A stretch of 64,000 nucleotides of DNA. Source: Bacteroidales bacterium (GTDB lineage: Bacteria; Bacteroidota; Bacteroidia; Bacteroidales; UBA932). This document shows positions 1 to 10,408 of the stretch, piece by piece. The stretch spans positions 395-64,394 of the forward strand of contig JAFZZW010000088.1 of the NCBI GenBank assembly GCA_017615615.1, written 5' to 3'. Numbering within the stretch: the first letter of the stretch is position 1; every line of letters starts with the position of its first letter. Below the pieces are notes generated by a model that ran no database searches, was not told where the DNA came from, and saw only the letters and a list, made by a program, of their open reading frames with translations. Position numbers and translations under genes: made by a program.

Positions 1-1
1 C

Positions 2-328
2 CACCGTATCCTGCGGCGCAACTGGCGCGCCGGCCACCTCGAACTTGATGTCATCACCGTCTGCAGCGGCACCCTCCACATAGTGGAAGTTAAAACCCGT
101 ACGGAAGGCGCTCCTGTGCCCCCGGAATTCAACGTAGGGGCCGACAAGCGACGCCATATGGTACGTGCCGCTCAGGAATTCCTTCATTCGGACAATGCTC
201 CTCCGGGTATAGAAGAGGTGCAATTCGACGTCCTCAGCGTGATTTTCAGCGAATGCGGCCCGGTTATTGAATACTATCCCGCTGCCTTCGTGCCTGTATA
301 TACCGGAGGCGCCGTCAACTTTAGATAA
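2..328 (+). CDS. yraN: YraN/UPF0102 family nuclease (5' truncated by window)
   Basis: Frame open from base 2: HRILRRNWRAGHLELDV...IVEVKTR...V..DKRRHMVRAAQEFL...FDV, the YraN pattern. Confidence 0.85.
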   Translation, partial: HRILRRNWRAGHLELDVITVCSGTLHIVEVKTRTEGAPVPPEFNVGADKRRHMVRAAQEFLHSDNAPPGIEEVQFDVLSVIFSECGPVIEYYPAAFVPVYTGGAVNFR

Positions 329-353
329 CAATGGCTAATTCGCAATTAATTAG

Positions 354-361
354 TATATTTG
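354..361 (+). promoter_or_regulatory. Bacteroidetes -7 promoter element TATATTTG
   Basis: Matches TAnnTTTG just upstream of the M23 gene. Confidence 0.5.
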
Positions 362-365
362 CAGC

Positions 366-1304
366 GTGAAACGAATCCTTTGGGTCATACGTTTCCTGCT
401 TATGGCAGCAGGTTCAGTCGCAGTGGTGGGCGGGGTGTACTGGTTCTATTTCGCATATCTTGGCAAGGACCTTCCCAAAACCGCCATCCTACGCAGGCAG
501 AATGACGCCTGGCAGTCCAGAATGGGCGTCATACGCCACAAGCTCGATGTATATGAGTCCATGCTGAGTGACGTAGAGGCCCGTAATGATTTGGTTTACA
601 GGTCAATCTTCGCCCTGGACCCCATTCCGGATTCCATCTATGCCGATTCGTCCCGCAGCGAGATGCAGGCTCTGGACCACCGGCTCGACGAGGTCGCCGA
701 CCGCATCGGCATCCAGATTTCATCGCTCGGTGAGGTTGCCCTGGTCGCCAAGGAAGCGGGGAACATCGTGTCGCATATACCGGCCGTTCCGCCCCTGCTG
801 CCCAAGAAGGGTTCCTATCACCTTTCCAGCCCCTTCGGTACGAGGATCGACCCGGTTTTCGGCGGTACGGCGCGTCATATGGGACAGGACTTCGCATCCC
901 ACGTAGGCAATCCGGTGTACGCCACAGGCGACGGCATAGTCGAGAAGGTCGACTTCAAGTACAACGGCTACGGCAACGAGGTCGTCATCAACCACGGCTT
1001 CGGCTACAAGACCCGTTACGCTCACCTGAACACTGTCGACGTCGGCGTCGGCCAGGCTCTGCTGCGCGGCGACAAGATAGGCGAGGTGGGCAAGTCCGGC
1101 AAGGCTACCGGGCCGCATCTGCATTACGAGGTGCTTTTCAAGGGCAACCAGATCAACCCAATGAGTTTCATGGACATGGGAATGCCGGTGGAAGAATACC
1201 GGGCCATGATAGGCAAGCGCAATTCCGATATACTTTCGGGCCCGCCGACCACGGCGACGCTCGGGGAAAGACAGAAAAAACAGGGGACCAATGGCAGAAA
1301 GTAG
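366..1304 (+). CDS. M23 family metallopeptidase (murein hydrolase-like)
   Basis: N-terminal TM segment, coiled coil, HMGQD and GPHLHYEV zinc motifs. Confidence 0.9.
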   Translation: MKRILWVIRFLLMAAGSVAVVGGVYWFYFAYLGKDLPKTAILRRQNDAWQSRMGVIRHKLDVYESMLSDVEARNDLVYRSIFALDPIPDSIYADSSRSEMQALDHRLDEVADRIGIQISSLGEVALVAKEAGNIVSHIPAVPPLLPKKGSYHLSSPFGTRIDPVFGGTARHMGQDFASHVGNPVYATGDGIVEKVDFKYNGYGNEVVINHGFGYKTRYAHLNTVDVGVGQALLRGDKIGEVGKSGKATGPHLHYEVLFKGNQINPMSFMDMGMPVEEYRAMIGKRNSDILSGPPTTATLGERQKKQGTNGRK

Positions 1305-2220
1305 AAAGAGCAGCGGGGAACTGGGTTTCATTGCAAGGACCCTTTGGACGATAGTCAAATTCGTCCTTACCGTCGTATCCCTTACGGTCGTGGGCTATGC
1401 AGTTTTCGCGCTCCTGTACAGCACGCCGGAGGAAAAGCGCCTGAAGGCTGAAAACGAGGCTTACGAAGCCCTGTATCCGGAACTCGTCCCCAAGCTGGAG
1501 CTGGTCGGAGCCGACATCGAGCGCCTCGTGCGCAAGGACGATATAATCTACAAGGATATCTTCCATGCGGAACCTCCGCAGCAGGATCCGGTATCTTCCA
1601 TGGACATCTTCTTCGGCAGCGACTCCATCCCCGACGCCAAGCTGGTTTTTTATACGGCAGGCAAGGCGGACCGCCTTCTCGGCGAGGCAGCTGCGGTTGA
1701 CAGCCTCTTCCGCAGCATAGCGGATGCGCTGAGGAATCCGGACCTGGTCATGCCTCCCATGCGCCTGCCGCTGGATTCGCTGAGTTATACCCAGGTGGGC
1801 GCAGGAACGGGAGTCAAGACCAATCCGTTCTACACCACCGACGCCCGTCACAACGGAGTGGATTTCATCGTTTCTCAAGGGGCTCCCGTCTATGCTTCGG
1901 CAAAGGGTATAGTGAGCGTCGTGCAGCACTCCCGCCGCGGCGAGGGCAACACCGTATCCATAAAGCACCCCGGAGGATATGTCTCCCGTTATTCCCACCT
2001 GCGCGAGATTTCCGTCCAGCAGGGGCAGAGCATCAAAGAAGGGGCCGTCCTGGGCACCGCAGGCATGTCGGGCAATTCCTACGCCCCTCACCTGCATTAT
2101 GAGGTCCGCAGGGATTCGCTCGTGCTGGATCCTCTGAACTACATATTCGCTTCCGTAACCCCGGAGGAGTATTCAAACATGGTCTATATGGCCGCACATA
2201 CGCGTCAATCAATGGATTAA
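1291..2220 (+). CDS. M23 family metallopeptidase, tandem paralog
   Basis: HNGVDF and APHLHYEV motifs, N-terminal TM segment. Confidence 0.9.
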   Translation: MAESRKSSGELGFIARTLWTIVKFVLTVVSLTVVGYAVFALLYSTPEEKRLKAENEAYEALYPELVPKLELVGADIERLVRKDDIIYKDIFHAEPPQQDPVSSMDIFFGSDSIPDAKLVFYTAGKADRLLGEAAAVDSLFRSIADALRNPDLVMPPMRLPLDSLSYTQVGAGTGVKTNPFYTTDARHNGVDFIVSQGAPVYASAKGIVSVVQHSRRGEGNTVSIKHPGGYVSRYSHLREISVQQGQSIKEGAVLGTAGMSGNSYAPHLHYEVRRDSLVLDPLNYIFASVTPEEYSNMVYMAAHTRQSMD

Positions 2221-2228
2221 CAATCAAT

Positions 2229-2546
2229 ATGGAAAAACTGTTCTACTCAATCAGCGAAGCGGCGGAATCCATCGGTGAATCCGTTTCCCTGGTCCGCTTC
2301 TGGTCCAATTCTTTTCCCAGACTCCTCAAGCCCCGCCGCAACGCCAAGGGCAACCGCCAGTTTACTGCTGAGGATATCGAAGTCCTCAAGCAGATCCATT
2401 TCCTGGTGAAAGAAAAAGGGCTCACCCTGGAAGGCGCCGAGCGCGCCATGCAGGCGGAGAAAGCCTCCGTGAGCAAGTCTGTCAAGGCACTGGAATCGTT
2501 AAAGGAAATCCGTGCCCAACTTATGGAAATCAAGAATTCCATTTAA
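2229..2546 (+). CDS. MerR family transcriptional regulator
   Basis: YSISEAA...SLVRFW...RRNAKGNRQFT MerR HTH. Confidence 0.9.
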   Translation: MEKLFYSISEAAESIGESVSLVRFWSNSFPRLLKPRRNAKGNRQFTAEDIEVLKQIHFLVKEKGLTLEGAERAMQAEKASVSKSVKALESLKEIRAQLMEIKNSI

Positions 2547-2596
2547 GCGAAAAAATACCTATCTTTGTCGTTCTTGAAAATCGATTATTTAATTAT

Positions 2597-3415
2597 ATGG
2601 CCACTACCAAGAAACCCAAGAAGATCGGGACGCCGATCGACCAGCGTGAAACTTTCGTCTCCCTGCAGAAGAATTTTGCAGATTCCGAGTCCAACACCGA
2701 AGAGAAACTCCGCACCCTTTACGATCTCCAGAAAGCCGACAACGACATCGACCAGCTCGTCCAGCTCCGTGGAGAACTCCCCGCCGAGGTGGCGGATCTC
2801 GAGGCACAGGTGGCATCCTGCAACGCCCGCATCGAGTCCCTCGAGCAGATAATAGCCCAGTACAACGACAACATCGCCTCCATGAACGACGACATAGTCT
2901 CCCTGGACGGCGAAATCGAGCGCTACCGCTCCCAGCTGGAAAAGATATCCAATTCCCGTGAGTTCGACTCCATCAACAAGGAGCTCGAGAACCTGGGGAT
3001 CCTCCGCAAGATCGACGAAAAGAAGATCGCCGAAAGCCGCGACGCCATCTCCGAGAACAAGGCGGCCATAGAAAACGTCAAGACCAAGCTCGATGTCCTC
3101 GCCATCGACCTCGAGGCCAAGAATGAAGAGCTTGCCGCCATAGTGGAGTCCACCGCAAAGGAGGAAAAGGCTCTCGTGCAGGTACGTGACGGTCTCGCCG
3201 CCAAGCTCGACGAGCGCACCCTCAGCGCCTACAACCGCATCCGCGCCAGCGTTCACAACCACCTGGCAGTCGTCACCGTCTTCAACGGCGACTCCTGCGG
3301 CGGTTGCTTCAACACCGTCACTCCCCAGCGTCTCATCGATGTCGCATCAGGCAAGAAACTCGTCATCTGCGAGCACTGCGGACGCATCATCGTAGCCAAT
3401 CCTTCGGCAGAATAA
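2597..3415 (+). CDS. Coiled-coil protein with C4-type zinc ribbon (CT398-like)
   Basis: Long coiled coil followed by CGGC...CEHCGRI; TATCTTTG promoter element at 2560-2567. Confidence 0.9.
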   Translation: MATTKKPKKIGTPIDQRETFVSLQKNFADSESNTEEKLRTLYDLQKADNDIDQLVQLRGELPAEVADLEAQVASCNARIESLEQIIAQYNDNIASMNDDIVSLDGEIERYRSQLEKISNSREFDSINKELENLGILRKIDEKKIAESRDAISENKAAIENVKTKLDVLAIDLEAKNEELAAIVESTAKEEKALVQVRDGLAAKLDERTLSAYNRIRASVHNHLAVVTVFNGDSCGGCFNTVTPQRLIDVASGKKLVICEHCGRIIVANPSAE

Positions 3416-3421
3416 CTCTCC

Positions 3422-4921
3422 ATGCCCGAGTCCAAATCACCCCGGAAAAAGCCTCAGGCGGCCAATCTGGACGCCTTGGGCCTTGAGATGGGCAACAAGC
3501 CCCCCCAGGCCCTTGACGTCGAGGAAGCCGTCCTCGGCGCCATGCTTCTCGAGGCCTCCTGCGTAGACCTTGCAATGGAGGAACTCACTCCATCCTGTTT
3601 CTACGACCAGAGGCACCGGATGATCTTCGAGGCGATGGGCTCGCTGGTGATAGACCACATTTCGGTCGATATCATCACCGTCAGCAACCGCCTCCAGGAG
3701 AAAGGCAACCTCGAGACCGTCGGCGGCCCGGCCATGCTTGCCGGCCTGTCGGAGAAGGTGGGCAGCGCCGCCCACATGGAGTATTACGTCAAGATACTTA
3801 AGCAGAAGAGCATCCAGAGGGACCTCATCACCGCCTCTTACGATATCCTGCGTGACGCCTACGATGAGTCCGTCAATGTGGACGACCTCATCGACAAGGC
3901 CCAGACCAAGGTTTACGATGCCATCCAGAGCAACGTCCGCAAGGAAGTCCAGGATATCAGCAGCATCATAAACGAGGCCATGAGCGACATCCAGGAGCAG
4001 CAGGGCAGCGAAGGCATCAGCGGCGTGCCGTCCGGATTCGTCAGCATCGACCGCATCACCAACGGCTGGCAGCGCTCGGACCTCATAATCCTCGCCGCCC
4101 GTCCTTCCGTCGGTAAAACCGCGTTCGCCCTCAATCTCGCCCGCAACGCCGCCGTGGACCACCACATCCCCGTTGCGGTCTTCTCCCTGGAAATGTCCAG
4201 CAAGCAGCTCGTCAAGCGTCTCATGACCAGCGAGTCCGGCCTCCCGGCCGACAAGATCAAGGGCAGCATCAAGATGGAACCTTACGAGTGGGAGCAGCTG
4301 GAATTCAAGCTCCGCGGCCTCTCCAAGGCGCCTTTCTACATCGACGACACTCCGGGAATGCAGATTATGGAGTTCCGCACCAAGGCCAAGAACCTCGTGA
4401 AGAACAAGGGCGTCCGCCTCATCGTGGTGGACTACCTGCAGCTCATGCAGGGCCCGGTGGAACTCAAAGCCGTCCGCGAGCAGGAAGTCGCCGCCATCTC
4501 CCGTACCCTCAAGGCAACCGCCAAGGAACTGGACATACCCATCATCGCCCTTTCGCAGCTGTCGCGCCAGGCTGTCACCCGTGCGGGAGCCGCCGGCAAA
4601 CCCCTGCTCAGCGACCTGCGTGAGTCCGGCTCCATCGAGCAGGACGCTGATATGGTCATCTTCATCCACAGACCGGATTATGTCGGTCTCAGCGAGAACA
4701 TAGAGGACCGCGAGAAGACCCAGATAATCATAGCCAAGCATCGCAACGGAGAAACCCGCGACATCGACATGATCTTCAAGAGCGAGCAGATCCGCTTCAT
4801 GGAGATGGACGAGGCCCTGGACCGCCTCGCGGACCGCAGCGTCCCGTCCGGCATGAACGCAGACGATAATCCCTATTCCGCATCCGCTTACGGCGGGTTC
4901 GGCCCCAGCCCGGAATTCTGA
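3422..4921 (+). CDS. dnaB: Replicative DNA helicase
   Basis: PPQALDVEEAVLG, AARPSVGKT, VDYLQL, LSDLRESGSIEQDAD, IAKHRNG. Confidence 0.98.
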   Translation: MPESKSPRKKPQAANLDALGLEMGNKPPQALDVEEAVLGAMLLEASCVDLAMEELTPSCFYDQRHRMIFEAMGSLVIDHISVDIITVSNRLQEKGNLETVGGPAMLAGLSEKVGSAAHMEYYVKILKQKSIQRDLITASYDILRDAYDESVNVDDLIDKAQTKVYDAIQSNVRKEVQDISSIINEAMSDIQEQQGSEGISGVPSGFVSIDRITNGWQRSDLIILAARPSVGKTAFALNLARNAAVDHHIPVAVFSLEMSSKQLVKRLMTSESGLPADKIKGSIKMEPYEWEQLEFKLRGLSKAPFYIDDTPGMQIMEFRTKAKNLVKNKGVRLIVVDYLQLMQGPVELKAVREQEVAAISRTLKATAKELDIPIIALSQLSRQAVTRAGAAGKPLLSDLRESGSIEQDADMVIFIHRPDYVGLSENIEDREKTQIIIAKHRNGETRDIDMIFKSEQIRFMEMDEALDRLADRSVPSGMNADDNPYSASAYGGFGPSPEF

Positions 4922-5328
4922 TGGAAGAAATAACCCACAAAGGCAGGATAACTGCCATCGACCCCGAGGTCACGACTATAGAAATAATCTCGGAGGCCGC
5001 CTGTTCCTCCTGCCACGCCAAAGGCCTGTGCAGCCTGGGCGAGGCCAAGGTCAAGGAGGTGCAGGTACGTACAAGCGCCTGGACTCCCCGCCAGGTTGGC
5101 GACGAGGTGGAAGTAGCGCTCCGCAAGGCCATGGGCTATAAGGCCGTCTTCATAGCATACGGCCTTCCGCTGGTGGTGCTGTTTGCAGCTCTCATGATAC
5201 TCAACGCCATAGGAGTAGGGGAGCTCTATGCAGGCCTCGGAGCCATAGGAGCCGTTCTCCTGTGCTACCTTGTCATCTTTCTATTCCGCCACAAATTAAG
5301 CAAAGAATATACATTTTACCTGAAATGA
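4921..5328 (+). CDS. rseC: RseC/SoxR-reducing system family protein
   Basis: ACSSCHAKGLC motif, two TM helices, first gene of the rnf cluster. Confidence 0.9.
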   Translation: MEEITHKGRITAIDPEVTTIEIISEAACSSCHAKGLCSLGEAKVKEVQVRTSAWTPRQVGDEVEVALRKAMGYKAVFIAYGLPLVVLFAALMILNAIGVGELYAGLGAIGAVLLCYLVIFLFRHKLSKEYTFYLK

Positions 5329-6245
5329 CCAACACCATCATCTGGACCGTCGTCATTCTGACCGCGCTTGGCCTTGTGCTGTCCCTGGTGCTTTACTGGA
5401 TTGCCAGGAAGTTCAAGGTCGAGGAGGACCCGAGGATCGACGACATTGAAAAGACACTTCCCGGCGCCAATTGCGGCGGCTGCGGATTCGCCGGATGCCG
5501 TGCTTTCGCCGACGCCGCCGTCAAGGCCGGCAACCTGGACGCCAACTACTGTCCCGTAGGCGGCGCCGAGGTGATGAAGAAAGTGGCCGTCATCCTCGGA
5601 TGCGAAGTCAAGGAGGCCGCCCCCATGGTGGCGGTAGTCCGCTGCAACGGCACTTGCGACGCCCGCCCCCGCATCAACACCTACGAGGGTGAGCGCAGCT
5701 GCAAGGTCAAGGCCGCCCTGTACGGAGGCGACACCGGCTGCCTCTTCGGCTGCCTGGGTTGCGGCGACTGCGTTGCAGCCTGCCAGTTCGGAGCGCTGTC
5801 CATGAACCCTGCGACCGGGCTCCCTTCCGTTGACGAGTCCAAATGCACCGCCTGCGGAAAGTGCGTGGCAGCCTGCCCCAAGTGCATCATCGAACTCCGC
5901 TCCAAGGGCCCCCGCGGCATGCGCGAATACGTCTCCTGCACCAACAAGGACAAAGGCCCTGTTGCAAGGAAATCCTGCTCTTCCGCCTGCATCGGATGCG
6001 GTATCTGCGAGAAGACCTGCCAGCACGGAGCCATCACTGTTGCGGACAACGTGGCTTACATCGACTTCACCAAGTGCAAGCTCTGCCGCGAATGCGAGGC
6101 CGTATGCCCTACCGGAGCCATCCACGGCGTCAATTTCCCCAAGGAACTCGACAAGGAGGCCGTCAAGAAGCGCATAGCCGACCGCAAGGCCAAGGCCGCC
6201 GCTACAGTTCAACCCGAAGCAAAAAAGGAGGCCGAAAATGTCTAA
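5325..6245 (+). CDS. rnfB: Rnf electron transport complex subunit B
   Basis: LPGANCGGCG and multiple 4Fe-4S CxxCxxCxxxCP motifs; ATGA overlap places the start at 5325. Confidence 0.95.
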   Translation: MTNTIIWTVVILTALGLVLSLVLYWIARKFKVEEDPRIDDIEKTLPGANCGGCGFAGCRAFADAAVKAGNLDANYCPVGGAEVMKKVAVILGCEVKEAAPMVAVVRCNGTCDARPRINTYEGERSCKVKAALYGGDTGCLFGCLGCGDCVAACQFGALSMNPATGLPSVDESKCTACGKCVAACPKCIIELRSKGPRGMREYVSCTNKDKGPVARKSCSSACIGCGICEKTCQHGAITVADNVAYIDFTKCKLCRECEAVCPTGAIHGVNFPKELDKEAVKKRIADRKAKAAATVQPEAKKEAENV

Positions 6246-7587
6246 GCTTACGTTTTCCATAGGCGGCATCCATCCCGCCGACAGCAAGATTGCCCGCGAG
6301 CGCAAGATAGAGGTCCTGCCCCTGCCAGACAGGGTGTATGTCTCGATGTTCCAGCACCTTGGAGCGATGGCCAAGCCGGTCGTAGCCGTAGGCGACGCCG
6401 TCAAGGCCGGCCAGATAATTGCCGAACCCGGCGGATTCATCTCCGCCTACATCCATTCCCCCGTCAGCGGCACCGTCCGCAGCATAGGCCCGCGCAAGGA
6501 CCTTGCAGGCTTCATGCAGATGCACATAGAGATTGAAGTCCAGGGCGACGAGTGGGCCGAGGGCATCGACCTCACCACCGATCTCGTCACTTCCGTTCCC
6601 GAGGACCGTGATTTCATCCTCGACCGCATCAAGATGAACGGCGTCGTAGGTCTGGGAGGCGCAACCTTCCCCACGCACGTCAAACTCAATCCGCCGCCCG
6701 GAAAAGTGGCCGAATGCCTGATACTCAACGGCGCCGAGTGCGAGCCGTATCTCACCAGCGACTACCGCATACTGCTTGAAAGGACCGACGAGATAGTAGT
6801 CGGCGCCGCCATCATGCAGAAGGTCCTGGGAGGATGCCGCTGCGTAATCGGAATCGAAGAGAACAAGCCGGAGGCAATTGCCGCCGTGCGTGCTTCGGTG
6901 GCGCGTCTGGGCTATCCTTCGATGGAGGTTGCAGTCTTGAAGAAACGCTACCCGCAGGGCGGAGAGAAGCAGCTGATCGACGCCGTCATGCACCGTCAGG
7001 TCAAGTCCGGCGGACTGCCCATCGACGTTGGAGCCGTGGTGCAGAATGTCGCCACTTCGCTCGCCGTCTACGAGGCCGTCCAGAAGAACAAGCCTCTGGT
7101 AACCAACGTGCTGACCGTCACCGGCGACGTCCTGGCTCCCGACCGGCAGCACAATTATCTCTTCCGCATCGGCGTGCCCCTGTCATTCATCGCACAATAT
7201 GCCGGCGGAGTGCCGGAAGATGCCGTCAAGATAGTCAGCGGCGGCCCCATGATGGGCAAGGCCATAGCCAATCTTGACGCCACTACCGTAAAGGGATCTT
7301 CTTCGATTCTCTATCTCGGCGGCAAGACTTCCAGGAAGGAGGAAGGCCCCTGCATCCGCTGCGGCCGTTGCGCCGACGCCTGCCCCATGGGCCTCGAGCC
7401 TTTCCTTCTCAAGAGCCTCTACAGGGCGGGAGACGTCCCCGCGCTGGAGCAGAACGCCGCCCAGGACTGCATCGAGTGCGGCTGCTGCCAGTACAGCTGT
7501 CCTTCCTACATTCCCCTGCTGGACAACATCCGCATGGCCAAGGGCCAGGTGATGGCGGTCATCAGGGCCAGAAACGCAAAAAAATAA
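6238..7587 (+). CDS. rnfC: Rnf complex subunit C
   Basis: GGIHP, GLGGATFPTHVK, NGAECEPYLT, GGPMMG, two ferredoxin motifs. Confidence 0.97.
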   Translation: MSKLTFSIGGIHPADSKIARERKIEVLPLPDRVYVSMFQHLGAMAKPVVAVGDAVKAGQIIAEPGGFISAYIHSPVSGTVRSIGPRKDLAGFMQMHIEIEVQGDEWAEGIDLTTDLVTSVPEDRDFILDRIKMNGVVGLGGATFPTHVKLNPPPGKVAECLILNGAECEPYLTSDYRILLERTDEIVVGAAIMQKVLGGCRCVIGIEENKPEAIAAVRASVARLGYPSMEVAVLKKRYPQGGEKQLIDAVMHRQVKSGGLPIDVGAVVQNVATSLAVYEAVQKNKPLVTNVLTVTGDVLAPDRQHNYLFRIGVPLSFIAQYAGGVPEDAVKIVSGGPMMGKAIANLDATTVKGSSSILYLGGKTSRKEEGPCIRCGRCADACPMGLEPFLLKSLYRAGDVPALEQNAAQDCIECGCCQYSCPSYIPLLDNIRMAKGQVMAVIRARNAKK

Positions 7588-7596
7588 CCGTGTCCT

Positions 7597-8580
7597 ATGG
7601 ATAAAGTTATAGTTTCCCCTTCGCCGCACGTCCATTCTCCTGCCTCCACCGACAGGATAATGATCGACGTGATCATCGCCCTCTTGCCGGCGTTGCTCGT
7701 ATCGTTCTTCTTTTACGGCTGGTCGCAGCTTCTGGTTCTCGCCGTCAGCTGCGTCAGCTGCGTGGGCCTGGAGTGGCTTATCGCCCGCTTCCTGTTCAAG
7801 CGCCCCGCGGTCTTCAGCTGCACATCGGCGCTGGTCACGGGTGTCCTGCTCGCCATGAACCTGCCCTGCACCACACCCTGGTGGATAGTGCTCATCGGCG
7901 CCCTGGTGGCGATAGGCATCGCCAAGATGTCTTTCGGCGGCCTCGGACAGAATATATTCAACCCCGCCATCACGGGACGCGTGTTCCTGCTGGTGTCGTT
8001 CCCCGTACAGATGACCAACTGGACCATGCCGGCAAATTCGTTCGTTTCCGTTGACGCCGTTACCGGAGCCACGCCCCTCGGCCTTATCAAGGAAGGCCTC
8101 AAGGCCGGGCAGAGCATCGGTGATATCCTTGCAGCCAACGGCCTCGAGATGTCCGGCCTCCTGCGCGACATCGGCGGTTCCTCCGGTGAGGTTTCCGCCA
8201 TCGCGCTGCTCGTCGGTTTCTGCTACCTTCTGGTACGCAAGGTCGTCAAGCCCTGGATACCTCTCAGCATCGTCGCTACCATTGCGCTTATCGCCGGAGT
8301 TTTCCACGGTATCGACCCGGCTCACTTCACCGGCATCGGGTTCAACCTCCTCACCGGCGGCGTCATGCTCGGCGCCCTCTTCATGGCCACGGACTATGTC
8401 ACATCTCCCATGAGCAACTGGGGAGGCGTCATCTACGGCGTCGGCATCGGTCTCATAGTGATGATGATACGCTACTTCGGTTCGTATCCCGAGGGTATGT
8501 CGTTCGCCATTCTCATCATGAACTGCTTCGTTCCCCTTATCAACAGGGCGTTCCACCAGAAAAAGTACGGGAGGGCATAG
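7597..8580 (+). CDS. rnfD: Rnf complex subunit D
   Basis: SPHVH, FGGLGQNIFNPA, DAVTGATPL (FMN site), FMATD. Confidence 0.97.
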   Translation: MDKVIVSPSPHVHSPASTDRIMIDVIIALLPALLVSFFFYGWSQLLVLAVSCVSCVGLEWLIARFLFKRPAVFSCTSALVTGVLLAMNLPCTTPWWIVLIGALVAIGIAKMSFGGLGQNIFNPAITGRVFLLVSFPVQMTNWTMPANSFVSVDAVTGATPLGLIKEGLKAGQSIGDILAANGLEMSGLLRDIGGSSGEVSAIALLVGFCYLLVRKVVKPWIPLSIVATIALIAGVFHGIDPAHFTGIGFNLLTGGVMLGALFMATDYVTSPMSNWGGVIYGVGIGLIVMMIRYFGSYPEGMSFAILIMNCFVPLINRAFHQKKYGRA

Positions 8581-8583
8581 ATT

Positions 8584-9138
8584 ATGGCAGCAAAATCCAA
8601 TCTGTTGAATATGGCTCTGAGCCTCACCGCCGTGTGCCTCGTCTGCTCGGCCCTGCTGGGTGGAGTGTACGCCATGACAAGCGGTCCCATTGCCGAGGCT
8701 CAGGCAGCCAAGACGGCGGCTTCCATTGCCCGCGTTCTTCCCGAGTTCTCCGTTCAGCCGGAGCTCAAGACGGTTTCCGTGGACGGAGTCGATTACAGCT
8801 ATTACGACGTTCCCGGCTCCGGCATCGCGGTGGTTTCCACCGTCGGCGGCTTCGGCGGTCCCCTCAGCCTCATGGTGGGCATCGACGGTGACGGGCTGAT
8901 TGTCAATACCGTGGTCCTTTCTCACAGCGAGACCCCCGGTCTCGGCGCCAAGTGCGCGACGGAGACCTCTTTCATCGACCAGTTCAAGGGCTGGGACCCT
9001 TCGTCGCGCGTGCTTGCCGTACGCAAGGACGGGGGAGAGGTGGACGCCATTACGGCTTCCACAATCACTTCCAGGGCCTACAGCGCCGCTATAGCTCAAG
9101 CTTATAACGTTTATCTTAACCTGAAGGGCAATGAGTAA
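8584..9138 (+). CDS. rnfG: Rnf complex subunit G
   Basis: ETPGLG and VDAITASTITS FMN-binding motifs. Confidence 0.95.
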   Translation: MAAKSNLLNMALSLTAVCLVCSALLGGVYAMTSGPIAEAQAAKTAASIARVLPEFSVQPELKTVSVDGVDYSYYDVPGSGIAVVSTVGGFGGPLSLMVGIDGDGLIVNTVVLSHSETPGLGAKCATETSFIDQFKGWDPSSRVLAVRKDGGEVDAITASTITSRAYSAAIAQAYNVYLNLKGNE

Positions 9139-9712
9139 GTTTGGATTGATTACCAAGGGCTTTCTCAAGGAAAACCCTACGTTTGTGCTCGTGCTCGGCA
9201 TGTGTCCGACGCTTGCCACCACCACATCGGCCATGAACGGTCTTGAGATGGGCCTTGCGACCATGTTCGTGCTCATTCTCAGCAATATCGTCATCTCGCT
9301 CATCGCCCCTGTGGTTCCGGACAAGGTGCATATTCCGGTGTACATCGTGGTCATCGCCACTTTCGTTACGCTTCTGCAACTTCTCATGCAGGCTTACGTG
9401 CCCGAGGTTTACGAGACGCTCGGCCTGTTTATTCCCCTTATCGTGGTCAACTGTATCGTCCTGGGGCGCGCCGAGGCCTTCGCCAGCAAGAATTCCGTCT
9501 GGGATTCGACGCTCGACGGCATCGGCATCGGCCTTGGATTCACCGTCACCCTCGTCGTCATCGGCATCGTCCGCGAGGTCCTCGGCAGCGGTTCCGTATT
9601 CGGCTGGAAGTTCCTCGCCGGCGACGGAATCCTGGCCTTCGTGATGGCGCCAGGCGCATTCCTTGTGCTGGGGTATCTTATGGTTTTGTTCAACAAGTTA
9701 GCCAAGAGGTAG
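9131..9712 (+). CDS. rnfE: Rnf complex subunit E
   Basis: ENPTFVLVLGMCPTLA, FIPLIVVNCIVLGRAEAFA. Confidence 0.97.
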   Translation: MSKFGLITKGFLKENPTFVLVLGMCPTLATTTSAMNGLEMGLATMFVLILSNIVISLIAPVVPDKVHIPVYIVVIATFVTLLQLLMQAYVPEVYETLGLFIPLIVVNCIVLGRAEAFASKNSVWDSTLDGIGIGLGFTVTLVVIGIVREVLGSGSVFGWKFLAGDGILAFVMAPGAFLVLGYLMVLFNKLAKR

Positions 9713-9714
9713 TC

Positions 9715-10314
9715 ATGGAGTTTCTGCTTATAATAGTTTCCGCGATATTCGTCAACAATATCGTCCTGGCTCAGTTCCTCGGCATTTGCCCGTTCATGGG
9801 AGTTTCCAACAAGCTCTCCACCGCAACGGGAATGTCGGGCGCAGTGTGTTTCGTAATCACGCTGGCAACGGTCGTGACCTATCTCATCAACAAGTTCCTG
9901 CTGGAGACTTTTCATCTGGAGTTCCTTCAGACCATAGCGTTTATCCTGGTCATCGCGGCCCTTGTGCAGATGGTGGAGATAATCCTCAAGAAGATCAGCC
10001 CTTCGCTGTATCAGGCCCTGGGTATCTTCCTGCCTCTCATTACCACCAACTGCGCCGTGCTCGGCGTGGCTATCACCGTGGTTACCAAGCAGTTTACCTT
10101 CGGTGGCGCGCCCCATATGCTGGGGCTTGCGCAGGCGACCGTCTACGCTCTCGCGACTTCCCTCGGTTACGGACTTGCAATGGTGCTGTTTGCGGGCTTG
10201 CGTGAACAGCTTTCCCGCAGCAACGTTCCCGAGGCGTTCAAGGGGCTGCCAATAGCTTTCATTACCGTTGGCATCATGGCTTTGGCTTTCCTCGGTTTTT
10301 CCGGAATCGTATAA
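9715..10314 (+). CDS. rnfA: Rnf complex subunit A
   Basis: NNIVLAQFLGICPF, LGIFLPLITTNCAVLG. Confidence 0.97.
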   Translation: MEFLLIIVSAIFVNNIVLAQFLGICPFMGVSNKLSTATGMSGAVCFVITLATVVTYLINKFLLETFHLEFLQTIAFILVIAALVQMVEIILKKISPSLYQALGIFLPLITTNCAVLGVAITVVTKQFTFGGAPHMLGLAQATVYALATSLGYGLAMVLFAGLREQLSRSNVPEAFKGLPIAFITVGIMALAFLGFSGIV

Positions 10315-10354
10315 GTTTTTTCATTTTGAACTAAGGCGTGATCGGGTTTGCCCC

Positions 10355-10395
10355 TGTCATTTCGAGCGAAGGCGAAGCCGGAGTCGAGAAATCTC
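10355..10395 (+). repeat. REP-like palindrome family 1 (TGTCATTTCGAGCG...GAGAAATCT)
   Basis: Related copies at 18734-18760, 44009-44128 (three) and 52301-52329. Confidence 0.85.
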
Positions 10396-10408
10396 AAAAC
10401 AATAACTT